A stretch of DNA of 64,000 nt, taken from NCBI GenBank assembly GCA_965250285.1, contig OZ252299.1, positions 1,856,001 to 1,920,000 of the forward strand, given 5' to 3'. Origin of the DNA: Myxococcota bacterium (GTDB lineage: Bacteria > Myxococcota_A > UBA9160 > UBA4427). The notes under the pieces were generated by a model. The model made no database searches, was not told where the DNA came from, and was given only the letters and a program-made list of their open reading frames with translations. A program made the position numbers and the translations under genes. Each line of letters starts with the position of its first letter. The first letter of the stretch is position 1. Below, piece after piece: positions 31,251-41,240 of this stretch.

Positions 31251-32378
31251 TCAATCGCCCTCTCGGTGGGCGTCGAGCCGATCGCGTGCCCAGCACGCGT
31301 GGGCCGCGATCGCCGGATCCTCGTGGTCGCAGAGCCGCTCGATCTGAGGGCGCAGCGAGGCGTCACCGGCATTGCCCGCGGCGATCAGCGCGTTGCGCAC
31401 CAGACCCTCGAGCCCCGCGCGGCGCACCGGGCTGCGACGCGCGGCTTCGCCGAAGGTCTGGGGCTCGAGCTCGAGGAGCTGACGCAGCGGCGGGGCCGAC
31501 CACGCGCTGCGCGGCGCGAGCCGAGCACGCAGCCCGAGCGGATCGCTCGGGCGCACGCGCGCCCGCCGATGGTTCCATGGGCACACCGCCTGGCAGACGT
31601 CACAGCCGAAGACATGGTCGCCGTGCCCGGCGCGCAGCGGCTCGGGGATCGGCGCGCGCGTCTCGATCGTCGTGTAAGCGATGCAGCGGGTCGCGTCGAG
31701 CACGCCGGCCTCGACGAACGCGTCGGTCGGACACGCGTCGAGGCACGCCGTGCAGGTGCCACAGTGATCGGCGATCGGCGCGTCGACGGGCAGCTCGAGG
31801 TCGCAGATCAACACCCCGAGAAACAGGTACGAGCCGAGCGCGGGGTCGATGAGGCAGCCGTTCTTGCCGAGCCAACCGAGGCCGGCCGCGGCGGCGAACG
31901 CCCGCTCCTGAACCGGGCCGGTGTCGACGTAGGCGCGCCAGACGACGTCCGCACCGGCGAGGGAGGGCAGCGCGTGCCCGAGGCTCCGCAGCCGGTCGAG
32001 CAGCACCTCGTGGTAGTCGTCGCCCCGCGCATAGCGGGCGACGCGGCCGGTGGGCCCCGCCATCCCGCCTGTCGCATCCGCTGCCGGCGCGCTCCCGGCG
32101 GCCACCGGATCGGCCACCGGGGGCTCGTCTGCCTCGCCGGGGCCGTCATAGTCGAGGGCCACGGCGATGACGCTGCGCGCACCCTCGAGCACACGGCGCG
32201 GATCTTCTCGTTCGTCGAGGCGGCGCTCGAGATAGTGCATCTCACCGCCGTAGCCCCGGGCAAGCCACTCGCGCAGGTAGCGCGTCCCGTCGGTGGGTTC
32301 GGCGCGGGCGATCCCGACGCGATCGAAGCCGAGCGCACGCGCAGCGGCCTTGACGTCGCGCGCGAGAGCTTCGCTCAT
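31251..32378 (-). CDS. queG: epoxyqueuosine reductase
   Basis: ARYARGDDYH, VDTGPVQER, GWLGKN, CGTCTACLDACPT, GCDVCQAVCPWN. Confidence 0.95.
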   Translation of the reverse strand: MSEALARDVKAAARALGFDRVGIARAEPTDGTRYLREWLARGYGGEMHYLERRLDEREDPRRVLEGARSVIAVALDYDGPGEADEPPVADPVAAGSAPAADATGGMAGPTGRVARYARGDDYHEVLLDRLRSLGHALPSLAGADVVWRAYVDTGPVQERAFAAAAGLGWLGKNGCLIDPALGSYLFLGVLICDLELPVDAPIADHCGTCTACLDACPTDAFVEAGVLDATRCIAYTTIETRAPIPEPLRAGHGDHVFGCDVCQAVCPWNHRRARVRPSDPLGLRARLAPRSAWSAPPLRQLLELEPQTFGEAARRSPVRRAGLEGLVRNALIAAGNAGDASLRPQIERLCDHEDPAIAAHACWARDRLDAHREGD

Positions 32379-32469
32379 CGAAGGGCTCCCGGCGCGTTTC
32401 CGCCAGCCCCAACGGAGCGGCCCACACACATCGGGCGCGGGTCTCGATCGGCGCGGCGCTGGGCCCCGC

Positions 32470-33339
32470 TCATGCGAGGGCCGGTCGACCGCGCTCGTCG
32501 AGCAGCCAGCGCTGCGCACCCGCGACGCCCAGCAGCACGCCGCACGCGAGCACGTAGGTGAAGATGCCCGACCACTCATGCAGGAACCCCGACGTCGCGA
32601 CGTCGACGCCGTGTTGGCTCGCGACGAAGACCGTCGCCGTCACGCGCACGAGGTTCCCGAGCATCGCGGCCGGAACGACGCATGCGATCAGCACGGCGCG
32701 GCGGGCGGCCGTTCGCTCCGTGGTCCAGGCGAGCAGCAAGCCGAGGGGCACCAGGGTCACCACCGACGTGATGCCGCTGCAGGCTTCATCGACGAAGAGC
32801 GACCCGCCCGACGGCAGGACCAGCACGTTGCCATCGCGGAGGATCGCGAACCCCAGCCAGCGCAGGATCGTCACGGCCGCGATGCTGACCTGCAGCTGCA
32901 GGTTCAGGATCACGGGCCCGATCCAGCTCTCGGGCGGCGGGATCATGAAGACGAGGAAGAAGAGCGGGAAACCCATCACGCGCACGCCCGCCCTGCCGCG
33001 CAGCGTCCAGACGGCCCCGATGACCGCCGCGACGACGCCGACCCCGATCACGGCGGGCTCATCGATCAGCAGCCCGAAGCCCGTGAGACCGAGCGCCCCG
33101 ACCACCCACAACAGCCCCCTGAGATCGCGCCCGGGCGCCAGCGCCGCCCAGGCGTCGCGTCGGCCCACCGCGAGGAAGGCGGCGACGACGGGCACCATGA
33201 AGCAATGCGTGAGGTAGTCGGTCGCGCTCCAGACCGTGGCCAGCTCGAGCAACGCGGGCGCGAACGCAGCCGCGCCGAGGGCGACGACGAGCCACTCGGT
33301 CACGCTCAGGGCAGAGCCTCGTGCGGGTGCGGCGCTCAT
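32470..33339 (-). CDS. exosortase/archaeosortase family protein
   Basis: Multi-TM protein with EACSG (Cys), NLVRV (Arg) and FLHE (His) triad. Confidence 0.88.
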   Translation of the reverse strand: MSAAPARGSALSVTEWLVVALGAAAFAPALLELATVWSATDYLTHCFMVPVVAAFLAVGRRDAWAALAPGRDLRGLLWVVGALGLTGFGLLIDEPAVIGVGVVAAVIGAVWTLRGRAGVRVMGFPLFFLVFMIPPPESWIGPVILNLQLQVSIAAVTILRWLGFAILRDGNVLVLPSGGSLFVDEACSGITSVVTLVPLGLLLAWTTERTAARRAVLIACVVPAAMLGNLVRVTATVFVASQHGVDVATSGFLHEWSGIFTYVLACGVLLGVAGAQRWLLDERGRPALA

Positions 33340-33688
33340 GCGCTGTCTCCAGAACCCTCGACGGGCCGCGCACCGAGGGCGCGCGCGACGCGCCCCCGAC
33401 GGTAGCCCGCGCGCCCCCACGCGGGGGCCGAGGCACCGGGCTGGGGGGGCCAAATCGAATCGCGCACGCAGGTCTCCTGATAGGTCCTTGTGAAGTGGCC
33501 GCGACCCCGCCGCGCGTGACGCAGCTTTGCGAGGCCTCGATTCGCGCGCCTCTGAAACCCTCCTCGTCCGCGCGAATTCGGGGGGGCGCTCACGTCGGTC
33601 CGCCGTCGGCCGAAGGGGGGTTGGTATGCTCTCGGCCCCGCATCTTCAGGCCGAGTCCCGCGGCCGTGGGGCCACACAGGAGACGTCC

Positions 33689-34699
33689 TTGGAAGAGCAG
33701 CTGGTCTTCATCATCAGCCCGCCGCGCGCGGGCTCGACGCTGCTGAACCGCATGCTCGGCTCACACGAGGACGTGTACGCTCCCGAGGAGCCCCACCTGC
33801 TGACCCCCCTCGCCCACCTCGGCTACTACGAGATGGTGCGGGAGGCGCCCTACGACCCCTCGATCAGCCAGCGCGGCCAGCGGGCCTTCGTCGAGGCGCT
33901 GCCCGGGGGCGAGGCCGACTATCTCGACGCCCTGCGGGCCTATACCGACACGCTCTACGAGCGGGCCCTCGCCCCGACCGGTGCCAAAGCTCTGCTCGAC
34001 AAGACGCCCGCCTACGCGCTCGTGCTGCCCTTCATCGCCAAGCTCTACCCGAAGGCGAAGTTCATCGTGCTCACGCGGCACCCGCTCGCGGTGTGGTCGT
34101 CGGTCGTTGAGTCGTTCTTCGACGGCGACCACGAGGCCGCCCACGCGCACAATCCGATCATCGAACGCTACGTGCCCGCGATCGCGCGCTTCCTCGAGAC
34201 GTCGCCCGTCCCGTACTGCCACGTGCGGTACGAGGATCTGGTGCAGGACCCCGAGGCGTGGATGAAGCGCATTTGCGACTACGTCGGGCTCGAGTTCGAC
34301 CCGGGCATCGTCGACTACGGCGAGCGGGGCGGCGCCCAGCAGTCGGCGCGCGGCCTGGGAGACCCGATGACGGTCGCTCGGGAGTCGAGGCCCACCACGG
34401 CCTCGCTCGCCAAGTGGGCGACCGAGATGACCGGGCGACCCGACAAGGTGGCGCAGTGCCGCGCGATCCTCGCCGAGCTCGGCGACGCCGAGCTCGAGAC
34501 CTGGGGTCACAGCCGCGCCGCAATGTGCGCTGAACTCGACGCGATCGACCTCGAGGGTCAGCCCGGGCCGGTCAAGCCGACGACCCGCTATACCCTCGAG
34601 CGCCGCGTCCTCGTGAACGTCCGGCGCCGGGTGGGCGACAACGCGCTCGGTCGACTCGTACGCAAGGTCAGAGAGGCGTGCGACATCCTGCTCCGCTGA
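33689..34699 (+). CDS. sulfotransferase (Sulfotransfer_3 type)
   Basis: PPRAGSTLL 5'-PSB, DKTP, RHPLAVWSS 3'-PB, RYEDLV. TTG start follows AGGAG; alternative ATG at 33626. Confidence 0.88.
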   Translation: MEEQLVFIISPPRAGSTLLNRMLGSHEDVYAPEEPHLLTPLAHLGYYEMVREAPYDPSISQRGQRAFVEALPGGEADYLDALRAYTDTLYERALAPTGAKALLDKTPAYALVLPFIAKLYPKAKFIVLTRHPLAVWSSVVESFFDGDHEAAHAHNPIIERYVPAIARFLETSPVPYCHVRYEDLVQDPEAWMKRICDYVGLEFDPGIVDYGERGGAQQSARGLGDPMTVARESRPTTASLAKWATEMTGRPDKVAQCRAILAELGDAELETWGHSRAAMCAELDAIDLEGQPGPVKPTTRYTLERRVLVNVRRRVGDNALGRLVRKVREACDILLR

Positions 34700-34753
34700 G
34701 TCGGCGACCCGGAGCATGCACGATGCGAATTCGTTGGGGGGTGACCGGCCGTG

Positions 34754-35428
34754 ATGCGCCGCGCTTGGAATACGATCTTCGAACTCACCCGGCGATACTT
34801 CCTCGCCGGCCTGGTCGCGCTCGCGCCCCTCGTGGTCACGCTCGCCGCGCTGGCGTGGATCGTCCGCACCCTCGACAACCTGCTGCTGCCGCGCGTGATC
34901 GACTGGTTCGTGCCCGGCCTCGAGGCCCCGCCCCAGGCGCCGCCGTTCGTCGGCGCGATCTTCACGTTCGCCGTGATCCTGCTGGCGGGCGTGATCGTCC
35001 GACACTTCTTCGGCAACGAGCTGGTGCGGATCTGGGAGCGGGCCCTCGTCAACGTGCCGGTGGCCCGCAGCATCTACGCCGGCGTCAAGCAGCTCTTCGA
35101 TGCCATCATCACCACGAGCAAGACCCAATCGAACTTCAATCGAGTCGTGCTCGTCGAGTATCCGCGCAAGGGTATGTACGGCCTGGCCTTCGTCACGGGA
35201 CGCGTGCGCGGGCCCGTCGCCGACGCGTTCCCGGGCCACGCGATGCTCAACTGCTTCATCCCGACGACGCCGAACCCCACCTCGGGCTTCTACCTGGTGG
35301 TGCCTGAGACGGACGTGCTCGAGATCGACCTGTCGGTCGAGGACGCCTTCAAGGTGATCATGTCGGCCGGGCTCGTCACGCCCGACGCGAACGTCGACTC
35401 ACTGGCCTCGCTGACGGGCAGCGACTGA
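34754..35428 (+). CDS. DUF502 membrane protein
   Basis: FLAGL..P, IY..VKQ, VEYPRKG, FIPTTPNPTSGF. Confidence 0.92.
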   Translation: MRRAWNTIFELTRRYFLAGLVALAPLVVTLAALAWIVRTLDNLLLPRVIDWFVPGLEAPPQAPPFVGAIFTFAVILLAGVIVRHFFGNELVRIWERALVNVPVARSIYAGVKQLFDAIITTSKTQSNFNRVVLVEYPRKGMYGLAFVTGRVRGPVADAFPGHAMLNCFIPTTPNPTSGFYLVVPETDVLEIDLSVEDAFKVIMSAGLVTPDANVDSLASLTGSD

Positions 35429-35443
35429 CGCAGACCGAGCCGC

Positions 35444-36418
35444 TCAGCCCTCGGCACTCGCCCCCTCCGACAACCGCGAAACGAGCCGCTGGATGCCGGG
35501 GTGCGTCAGCAGCCCGATCGTATCGCCTGACTCGAGCAACGCGATGACCTCGGGATCTTCGGCCAGACGCTGGAGCTCGGGGTCGTTTCGCACGCCTTTC
35601 AGTCGCGGGCCGACGGCGTCGAGCATCTCGGCGACGTCGGCGCGGAAGACGTCCGTATCGGCGGCGGCCGATTCGCTCACCAGGCCGAGATCAGCCATGC
35701 GCCGGCGCAGCTCGTCGTCGTGGGTGATCGTGTAGAAGCTCGTGCTGTTGAGCGCGCGGTCGCTCGCGCCGTTCTCGACGAGCGTCCAGAAGAAGCGGTC
35801 CTTCTGCAGCGCCTGGAAGCCCGGATCGTCGAGCACCTCCTGCAGCCCCTTGAGCGCCGGGCCGGGGTTCGAGGCGATGCGCGCCATGACCTTGCCCGCC
35901 GTCGAGTCGACGTCTCCGACTGCAGCGCCGACCACGGTCTCGACGACCTGCCCGCTCGCCCCCGCGACCAGCGAATCCTGCGTGCTGGGGACAGGCACGG
36001 CCGGCTCCCAGACGCCCAGCTCGCGGGCGGCGTCGAGCCAGCTCGCGAGAATCGACAAGAGCAGCACGATCAGCATGCCGCGCATGGCGCCAAACGTCGC
36101 GCCGGTCACCCGGTCGGCGGCGCTGCGCGGATCGTCGCCCCGGCGCGACTTCTCGATGCGCTGCAGGATCATGCCGACGATCGCGACGCCCACGTAGACC
36201 GACACGAAGGCGACGCTCCCCGCTGCGGGCGCGGCGAGCAGACCCGGCACGCCGCGGTCGGACATCCAACCGACCAGCGGCCCGGTGGCGGCCACCACGG
36301 CCGCGGCATAGCCGAGGCCCAGCGCCAACAGCGCGATGCCGCCGGCGAGACCCCCGCGAAACGCACCGAGGGTCATGAAGACGGCGAGCACGATGAGCGC
36401 GAGTAGATCGAGAGACAT
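35444..36418 (-). CDS. CvpA (colicin V production) family protein with C-terminal soluble extension
   Basis: LD..GAFRGG N-terminus, DRVTGATFGAMRG, four TM segments. Confidence 0.8.
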   Translation of the reverse strand: MSLDLLALIVLAVFMTLGAFRGGLAGGIALLALGLGYAAAVVAATGPLVGWMSDRGVPGLLAAPAAGSVAFVSVYVGVAIVGMILQRIEKSRRGDDPRSAADRVTGATFGAMRGMLIVLLLSILASWLDAARELGVWEPAVPVPSTQDSLVAGASGQVVETVVGAAVGDVDSTAGKVMARIASNPGPALKGLQEVLDDPGFQALQKDRFFWTLVENGASDRALNSTSFYTITHDDELRRRMADLGLVSESAAADTDVFRADVAEMLDAVGPRLKGVRNDPELQRLAEDPEVIALLESGDTIGLLTHPGIQRLVSRLSEGASAEG

Positions 36419-36424
36419 GCCCCT

Positions 36425-36452
36425 GTATCGACCTCCCGTTCGAGCGGCTGTA
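36425..36452 (-). promoter_or_regulatory. possible sigma28-like promoter (leaderless)
   Basis: TACA-N16-GTCGATAC, 6 nt before ATG 36418. Confidence 0.35.
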
Positions 36453-36508
36453 GACGGCTCCGGTCCGTGGGGTGGCGGCTCGGGCCCTCCGGGCGGCAAG
36501 AGAAGCGC

Positions 36509-37108
36509 TCAGTCGCCCGAGGGTGCCCCGACGAGCAGAGCCCGCACCCGGGCGGCCACATCGAACACGTGCGGATCCTCGGCCCGCAGCTCGCGCAGGG
36601 CCTGCTCGAGGCGAAGGACGTACTCGGGGTTCGGTCCGCTCGGCCCCACGGCCCCCACGACCTGGCGCGCGATCGCGTCGGTCGGCGCCGGGCCGAGGAA
36701 GTTCGGGTTCTCGTCGGTCGCGAGATACATCAACGCCGCGACGCGCTCGGGCCCGGCTGCGCCGGGCCGCAGCTCGACCTCGACCGTCTCCCGGGCGTAG
36801 CCCCCCTGCTCCCGATGATCGAGGCCGGCCAACACGCCGTCGGCATCCTCGGGGCGCACCCGGTAGGCGATTCCGTCGCAGATCGCGCGCGCCTCGCGGA
36901 TCACGGTGACCACTCGCCCGGGTGCGCCGGGCACGCCTCGGTGATCGGTGGAGCCCTGCCAGAAGCGCCGCGCCCAGCCGCTGACCGCGGCCGGCACCCG
37001 CTCGACGTGGTCGAAGGCCGGGCGCGAGACCAGCGAGCCGTAGCCGAAGATCCAGAGCGGGTCCGGGCTCGTTCGCCGACCGAGTCCTCGGAGCGTGTCG
37101 GGGCTCAT
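36509..37108 (-). CDS. chaC: ChaC-family gamma-glutamylcyclotransferase
   Basis: WIFGYGSL, RRFWQGSTDHRG.PG.PGRV, LDHRE, GPSGPN.EY. Confidence 0.92.
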   Translation of the reverse strand: MSPDTLRGLGRRTSPDPLWIFGYGSLVSRPAFDHVERVPAAVSGWARRFWQGSTDHRGVPGAPGRVVTVIREARAICDGIAYRVRPEDADGVLAGLDHREQGGYARETVEVELRPGAAGPERVAALMYLATDENPNFLGPAPTDAIARQVVGAVGPSGPNPEYVLRLEQALRELRAEDPHVFDVAARVRALLVGAPSGD

Positions 37109-37605
37109 TCGCCGACCGGCTCCTCGTAGCGAATCTCGATCACGGTGTACGATGCCGTGCCCTTCGGTCGCACCACGTCGAAGGCTTCGTCGACGACCCG
37201 TCCGAGCAGGGCCCTTCCGACCGGCGAATCCATGCTGATCCAGCCGCGCTTCGGGTCGAACTCGTCCGGCCCAACGACACGGTAGAGCGCCTCTTCGCCG
37301 TCCTCGTCTTCGAGACGAACCCAGGCACCGAAGAACACCTTGCCCGCCTGCGCCGCGGGATCGGGTTGCACGACGGTCAGCTCGTCGATCCGCTTGGAGA
37401 GAAACCGCACGCGCCGGTCGATCTCGCGCAGTCGCTTCTTGCCGTAGATGTACTCGGCGTTCTCGGAGCGGTCACCGAGCGCCGCCGCGGCCGAGACCTG
37501 TTCGGTCACGCGAGGCCGCTCGACCTTCCACAGGTGCTCGAGCTCTGCACGCAGTGCCTCGAAGCCCTCGGGCGTGATGTAGTTGCTCGCGGTTCGGGCG
37601 GCCAC
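37105..37605 (-). CDS. greB: transcription elongation factor GreB
   Basis: YITPEG, AAALGDRSENAEYIYGKKRLREIDRRVRFL, SPVGRAL. Confidence 0.96.
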   Translation of the reverse strand: MAARTASNYITPEGFEALRAELEHLWKVERPRVTEQVSAAAALGDRSENAEYIYGKKRLREIDRRVRFLSKRIDELTVVQPDPAAQAGKVFFGAWVRLEDEDGEEALYRVVGPDEFDPKRGWISMDSPVGRALLGRVVDEAFDVVRPKGTASYTVIEIRYEEPVGE

Positions 37606-37611
37606 GGGCGG

Positions 37612-37640
37612 ACTGTGACGTCGGCGCGGAGGCCGGTCAA
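37612..37640 (-). promoter_or_regulatory. sigma70-type promoter, leaderless greB
   Basis: TTGACC-N17-CACAGT, 6 nt before the GTG. Confidence 0.5.
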
Positions 37641-37667
37641 GCCGGTCGCTGGCGCTATGCTCCCGCC

Positions 37668-38165
37668 ATGTCCGAAGAGCCCAACAAGACCGACGTCACC
37701 AACCCCGGCGCGAACCAGGCGGGGCCCGACGAAGAGGTCGAGACCGGCCCCGCGCCGACGCCGTTCGATCATCCGTTCTTCCTGCCGGCCGTGTGCATCG
37801 GCTTCACGCTTTGGTTCGGGTACGACACGTTCATCCACCCGATGGAAGACCACCTGGACTTCAACTACTACGGGTTCAAGGTCGTGCTCGCCGCGGCCGC
37901 CTGGTACTCGTACCTCGCGTTCTGCGAGATCAACGAACGGCCCGTCCTGCCCTTCGTGCTGCCGGCCATCTTCGCCGCGCTCGCCGTCTGGCTGGGCGCC
38001 GAGGCGTTCGGGATGATCGAGCTGCCCGATCTGATCGAGTACCCGTCGATCTCACGAGGCGGCTTCTACCTCGCGTTGGCGATGGTGCCGCTCACGGCCC
38101 TGCGCGAGTGGATGCGCGTGCGCCGCGGCGCCGGGTCGGGCGACGACCCCGCCGCAGCGGCCTGA
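37668..38165 (+). CDS. hypothetical membrane protein
   Basis: About four hydrophobic segments; TATGCT box 6 nt upstream. Confidence 0.75.
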   Translation: MSEEPNKTDVTNPGANQAGPDEEVETGPAPTPFDHPFFLPAVCIGFTLWFGYDTFIHPMEDHLDFNYYGFKVVLAAAAWYSYLAFCEINERPVLPFVLPAIFAALAVWLGAEAFGMIELPDLIEYPSISRGGFYLALAMVPLTALREWMRVRRGAGSGDDPAAAA

Positions 38166-38171
38166 CCCGGC

Positions 38172-38711
38172 GTGTCCGGCCCCGGTGGCGGAGACCCCTC
38201 GCCCGAAGAGCAGATCGAGCAGCACATCCGCGGCGACATCGAACGCTTCGGCTGGCACGTCGCGAAGATCGAAGGCGACGATCGAGTGCCGCCGTGGGCG
38301 TTCACGATTGGCCTGGGCGACACGTTCGATCACCCCGAAGTCCTCGCGGCCGGCATGAGCCTCGAGCAGCTGCACGCGCTGCTGAACCGCATCGGTGACC
38401 TGCTGCGCGCGGGCAACCGCTTCGCCGACGGCCAGCACGTTCACAACATTCTCGAAGGTTTCGCGTGTAGCTTCAGACGCATCGATCCCGCCTGGCACCA
38501 GCCGTTCGCGGGCAACGCAGCCTGGCATCACCGCGACGACGGGCTCGAGCTGCTGCAGTGCTTCTGGCCCGACCCCGAGGGCCGGTTTCCGTGGGACGAC
38601 GGCTTTCCCGCCGACCTGATCCCGCTCCAGCCCATGCTGTACGACGCGACGCCCGAGCGGGCCCTGGCGCCGACGGTGCTCGCCACGCTCCGAGAAGAAG
38701 GCGTCCTGTAG
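38172..38711 (+). CDS. DUF4262 domain protein
   Basis: GWHV, WAFTIGL..HPE, LQCFWPD..GRFPWD. Confidence 0.85.
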   Translation: MSGPGGGDPSPEEQIEQHIRGDIERFGWHVAKIEGDDRVPPWAFTIGLGDTFDHPEVLAAGMSLEQLHALLNRIGDLLRAGNRFADGQHVHNILEGFACSFRRIDPAWHQPFAGNAAWHHRDDGLELLQCFWPDPEGRFPWDDGFPADLIPLQPMLYDATPERALAPTVLATLREEGVL

Positions 38712-38826
38712 CAGCGGATTCCGCGCCGGCGGTGGACGCCAGGGGGCTTCGTTTTCGTCTCGTTTCGGCCGATGCAGGGGCCGGAGGGGGCTGCGACTCG
38801 AGCGCCCCCGCAGCGAGGACGCCCGC

Positions 38827-40353
38827 GTGAAGCCGCGCAGCAAGGGACCGAGACGGTCCGCGCACGAGACGACGGTCACCGAGACGGTGCTCGGCCAGCG
38901 ATCCGCCGAAGGCGACGCGTCGGCCGATACGCCCGCCGTCGACACGCGCCTCGAGCCCGACGCGGATGAGGACGAAGCGAAGTCGCCGACGCGATCGTGG
39001 GCGGGACGCAGCCGGACGCGCGTCGGCGTCGGCGACGTCGTGCGCGGCCGCCACACCTATCGCCTGGTCCGGCGCCTCGGCGCCGGTGGCTTCGGCTCGG
39101 TGTTCCTCGCCGATCTGATTCAGCTCGACCCCGACGTTCCGATCGATGAGCGACCGCCGCCGCAGGTCGCCGTGAAGGTGCTGGGCGAGACGAACAACCG
39201 GCAGGCACTGCTCGGCCTGAAACGCGAGCTCGCCGCACTGCGCGCGGTCGATTCCCCAAAGATTCCAAAGCTCTACGACTGGTCTCTCGAGGGCGACCTC
39301 GCGTTTTCGGTCGTGCACTACTACCCGGGTGGCAGCCTCGCCGACGCGCTGCCGCTGGTCGGGCATCTCGAGGAGGAGCAGATCTGGCGCCTGCTCTCCG
39401 ATCTGCTCACGGCGCTGTCCGCCGCGCATCGCGCATCGATCCTGCACCTCGACGTCAAGCCCTCGAACGTGCTGCTCGACGGCGACGGCGGCTACGTGCT
39501 CACCGACTTCGGCGTGTCGCACTCGTCACGCATGTCGAAGGGCCTGCTGCACCAGGGGCGCATTGCGGTCGGGCTCGGCACACACGGCTACCGCGCCCCC
39601 GAACAGGCGAACATGACGATCCAGTCGTTCGATCTGCGGACCGACCTCTGGGGCGTCGGCGCCACGGCCTGGGCCTGCTACACGGGCATCGACCTCAACA
39701 AGCGACGCGACGTGCTGCGCGACCCCGAGAAAGGCAACGTGTTCGGGCTGCAGCGCGTGAGCGACGTGCGCATCCACTGCCCGCCCCACCTCGAAGAGGT
39801 GATCATGGGCATGCTCTTTCTCGATCCCGGGCGCCGGCCGGGGGGGTCGAGCGAGGTGCTGACGCAGCTCGACGCGATCGCGCGGGGCTTCGGACTCGAC
39901 TCCCAGACGGTCGCCTCCGCGCGCCAGGACCGCGCCGACCCGCGCGAGATTCGCGGCGTGATCGAGTCGCTCGTCGACCCGCTCTGGGCGAGCATCTGCC
40001 GCGCGCCGGGCTTCGAGCGCTACTTCGTCAAATACGAAGACGGCGACCTGCTGTCGACGAGCGGCGAGGCGACGCACCACACCTTCCTGCTGCTGCAGGG
40101 TGAAGTCGAGATCGAGCGCGAGGGCCAGATCGTCGATGTCGAGACGCGCGAGGGCGTGTTGATGAGCGCCATCTCGACGCTGACCGGCGCGCCCCGCACG
40201 GTCACCATGCGTGCGCGCGGCACGGTCTGGGTCTGCATCTTCAACGAGGCCGAGCTCGAGCAGCTGGTCACGTGCAACTCGTCGGTCGCCGTGCGGATGA
40301 TCCGCACGATGGCCAGCCGCATTGCCAACGGGCCACCCCGCAGCGAGGCCTGA
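38827..40353 (+). CDS. Hanks-type Ser/Thr protein kinase with C-terminal cNMP-binding-like domain
   Basis: GAGGFG, VAVK, HLDVKPSN, TDFG, GT.GYRAPE, DLWGVG; C-terminal GE..LL.GEVEI..PRT..C-helix. Confidence 0.88.
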   Translation: MKPRSKGPRRSAHETTVTETVLGQRSAEGDASADTPAVDTRLEPDADEDEAKSPTRSWAGRSRTRVGVGDVVRGRHTYRLVRRLGAGGFGSVFLADLIQLDPDVPIDERPPPQVAVKVLGETNNRQALLGLKRELAALRAVDSPKIPKLYDWSLEGDLAFSVVHYYPGGSLADALPLVGHLEEEQIWRLLSDLLTALSAAHRASILHLDVKPSNVLLDGDGGYVLTDFGVSHSSRMSKGLLHQGRIAVGLGTHGYRAPEQANMTIQSFDLRTDLWGVGATAWACYTGIDLNKRRDVLRDPEKGNVFGLQRVSDVRIHCPPHLEEVIMGMLFLDPGRRPGGSSEVLTQLDAIARGFGLDSQTVASARQDRADPREIRGVIESLVDPLWASICRAPGFERYFVKYEDGDLLSTSGEATHHTFLLLQGEVEIEREGQIVDVETREGVLMSAISTLTGAPRTVTMRARGTVWVCIFNEAELEQLVTCNSSVAVRMIRTMASRIANGPPRSEA

Positions 40354-40372
40354 TCGCCCGCTTCGCTCGCCC

Positions 40373-41005
40373 CTACGCCCCCGGCATCACGACCCGCTTC
40401 ATTGGCCAGACCCTCGGGCCGTCGCGAATCTCGAGCGGCTCGAGCAGCTCGAAGCCGTGGCGCCGATAGAAGGGGATGTTCTCCTCCTTCGACGATTCGA
40501 GGTAGGCCGGCAGGCCCCTCGCGTCGCAGAGGCGCAACACCGGGGTGAGCAGCGCGCTGCCCACGCCCTGCCCCTGATGCTTCGGGTCGGCCCCCAGCAG
40601 CGGCAGGTAGACGTGGGGCTCGCGGGGGTGCCGGGCCTCGATCGGCGCGAAGCCGCGACCGACCTCTCCAGCGCGGCGCCCGAGCAGTCGCAGCATCCCG
40701 AACTTGAACGAGAGATCCTCGAGCGGCCCCAGCTGCATGCGATGGGGGCGCCAGAGCGCGGCCCCCCGCATCTCGGCGTCGGTCAGCACCGCGCCATGCC
40801 GCAGCATCTGCCGGATGAAGAGCGCGAACATGCCGGGGCTTCGGCGCGCGCGTTGCGGCGCGTTCGGGAAGATCCACTGGTAGACCGGGTCGTCCTGAAA
40901 CGCGCGGGCCAGCACGCGCGACAGCGTCGCCACCTCGCTTCGCGTGGCGAGCCGGACGCCCGAGGCGTCGGGCAGCTTCAGACTGGCCGCATCGAGGAGC
41001 GTCAC
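40373..41005 (-). CDS. GNAT family N-acetyltransferase
   Basis: AFQDDP, QGQGVGSALL, AYLESS..NIPFYRRHGF. Confidence 0.9.
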   Translation of the reverse strand: MTLLDAASLKLPDASGVRLATRSEVATLSRVLARAFQDDPVYQWIFPNAPQRARRSPGMFALFIRQMLRHGAVLTDAEMRGAALWRPHRMQLGPLEDLSFKFGMLRLLGRRAGEVGRGFAPIEARHPREPHVYLPLLGADPKHQGQGVGSALLTPVLRLCDARGLPAYLESSKEENIPFYRRHGFELLEPLEIRDGPRVWPMKRVVMPGA

Positions 41006-41240
41006 GCTCGGTCTCTCTTCGGTGCCACGACGATCGTCCTATCCCGACCCGCCTCGTCCCGCGTCGTCTGGTCTGTGCTCGTCGCGCCGCGTCGCGCCAC
41101 GCTGCGCCGGGCGGGGCCTCGCCCCGACTCGACCCCGTTCGAGGACGCTCGTCGGCAGCTATGCTGCGCCGCATCCCCCCAGACACCGCGATCTACGCGA
41201 CGTGCCCCGGGCGCGTCGTCGCCGACCGGAGCGTCCACGC

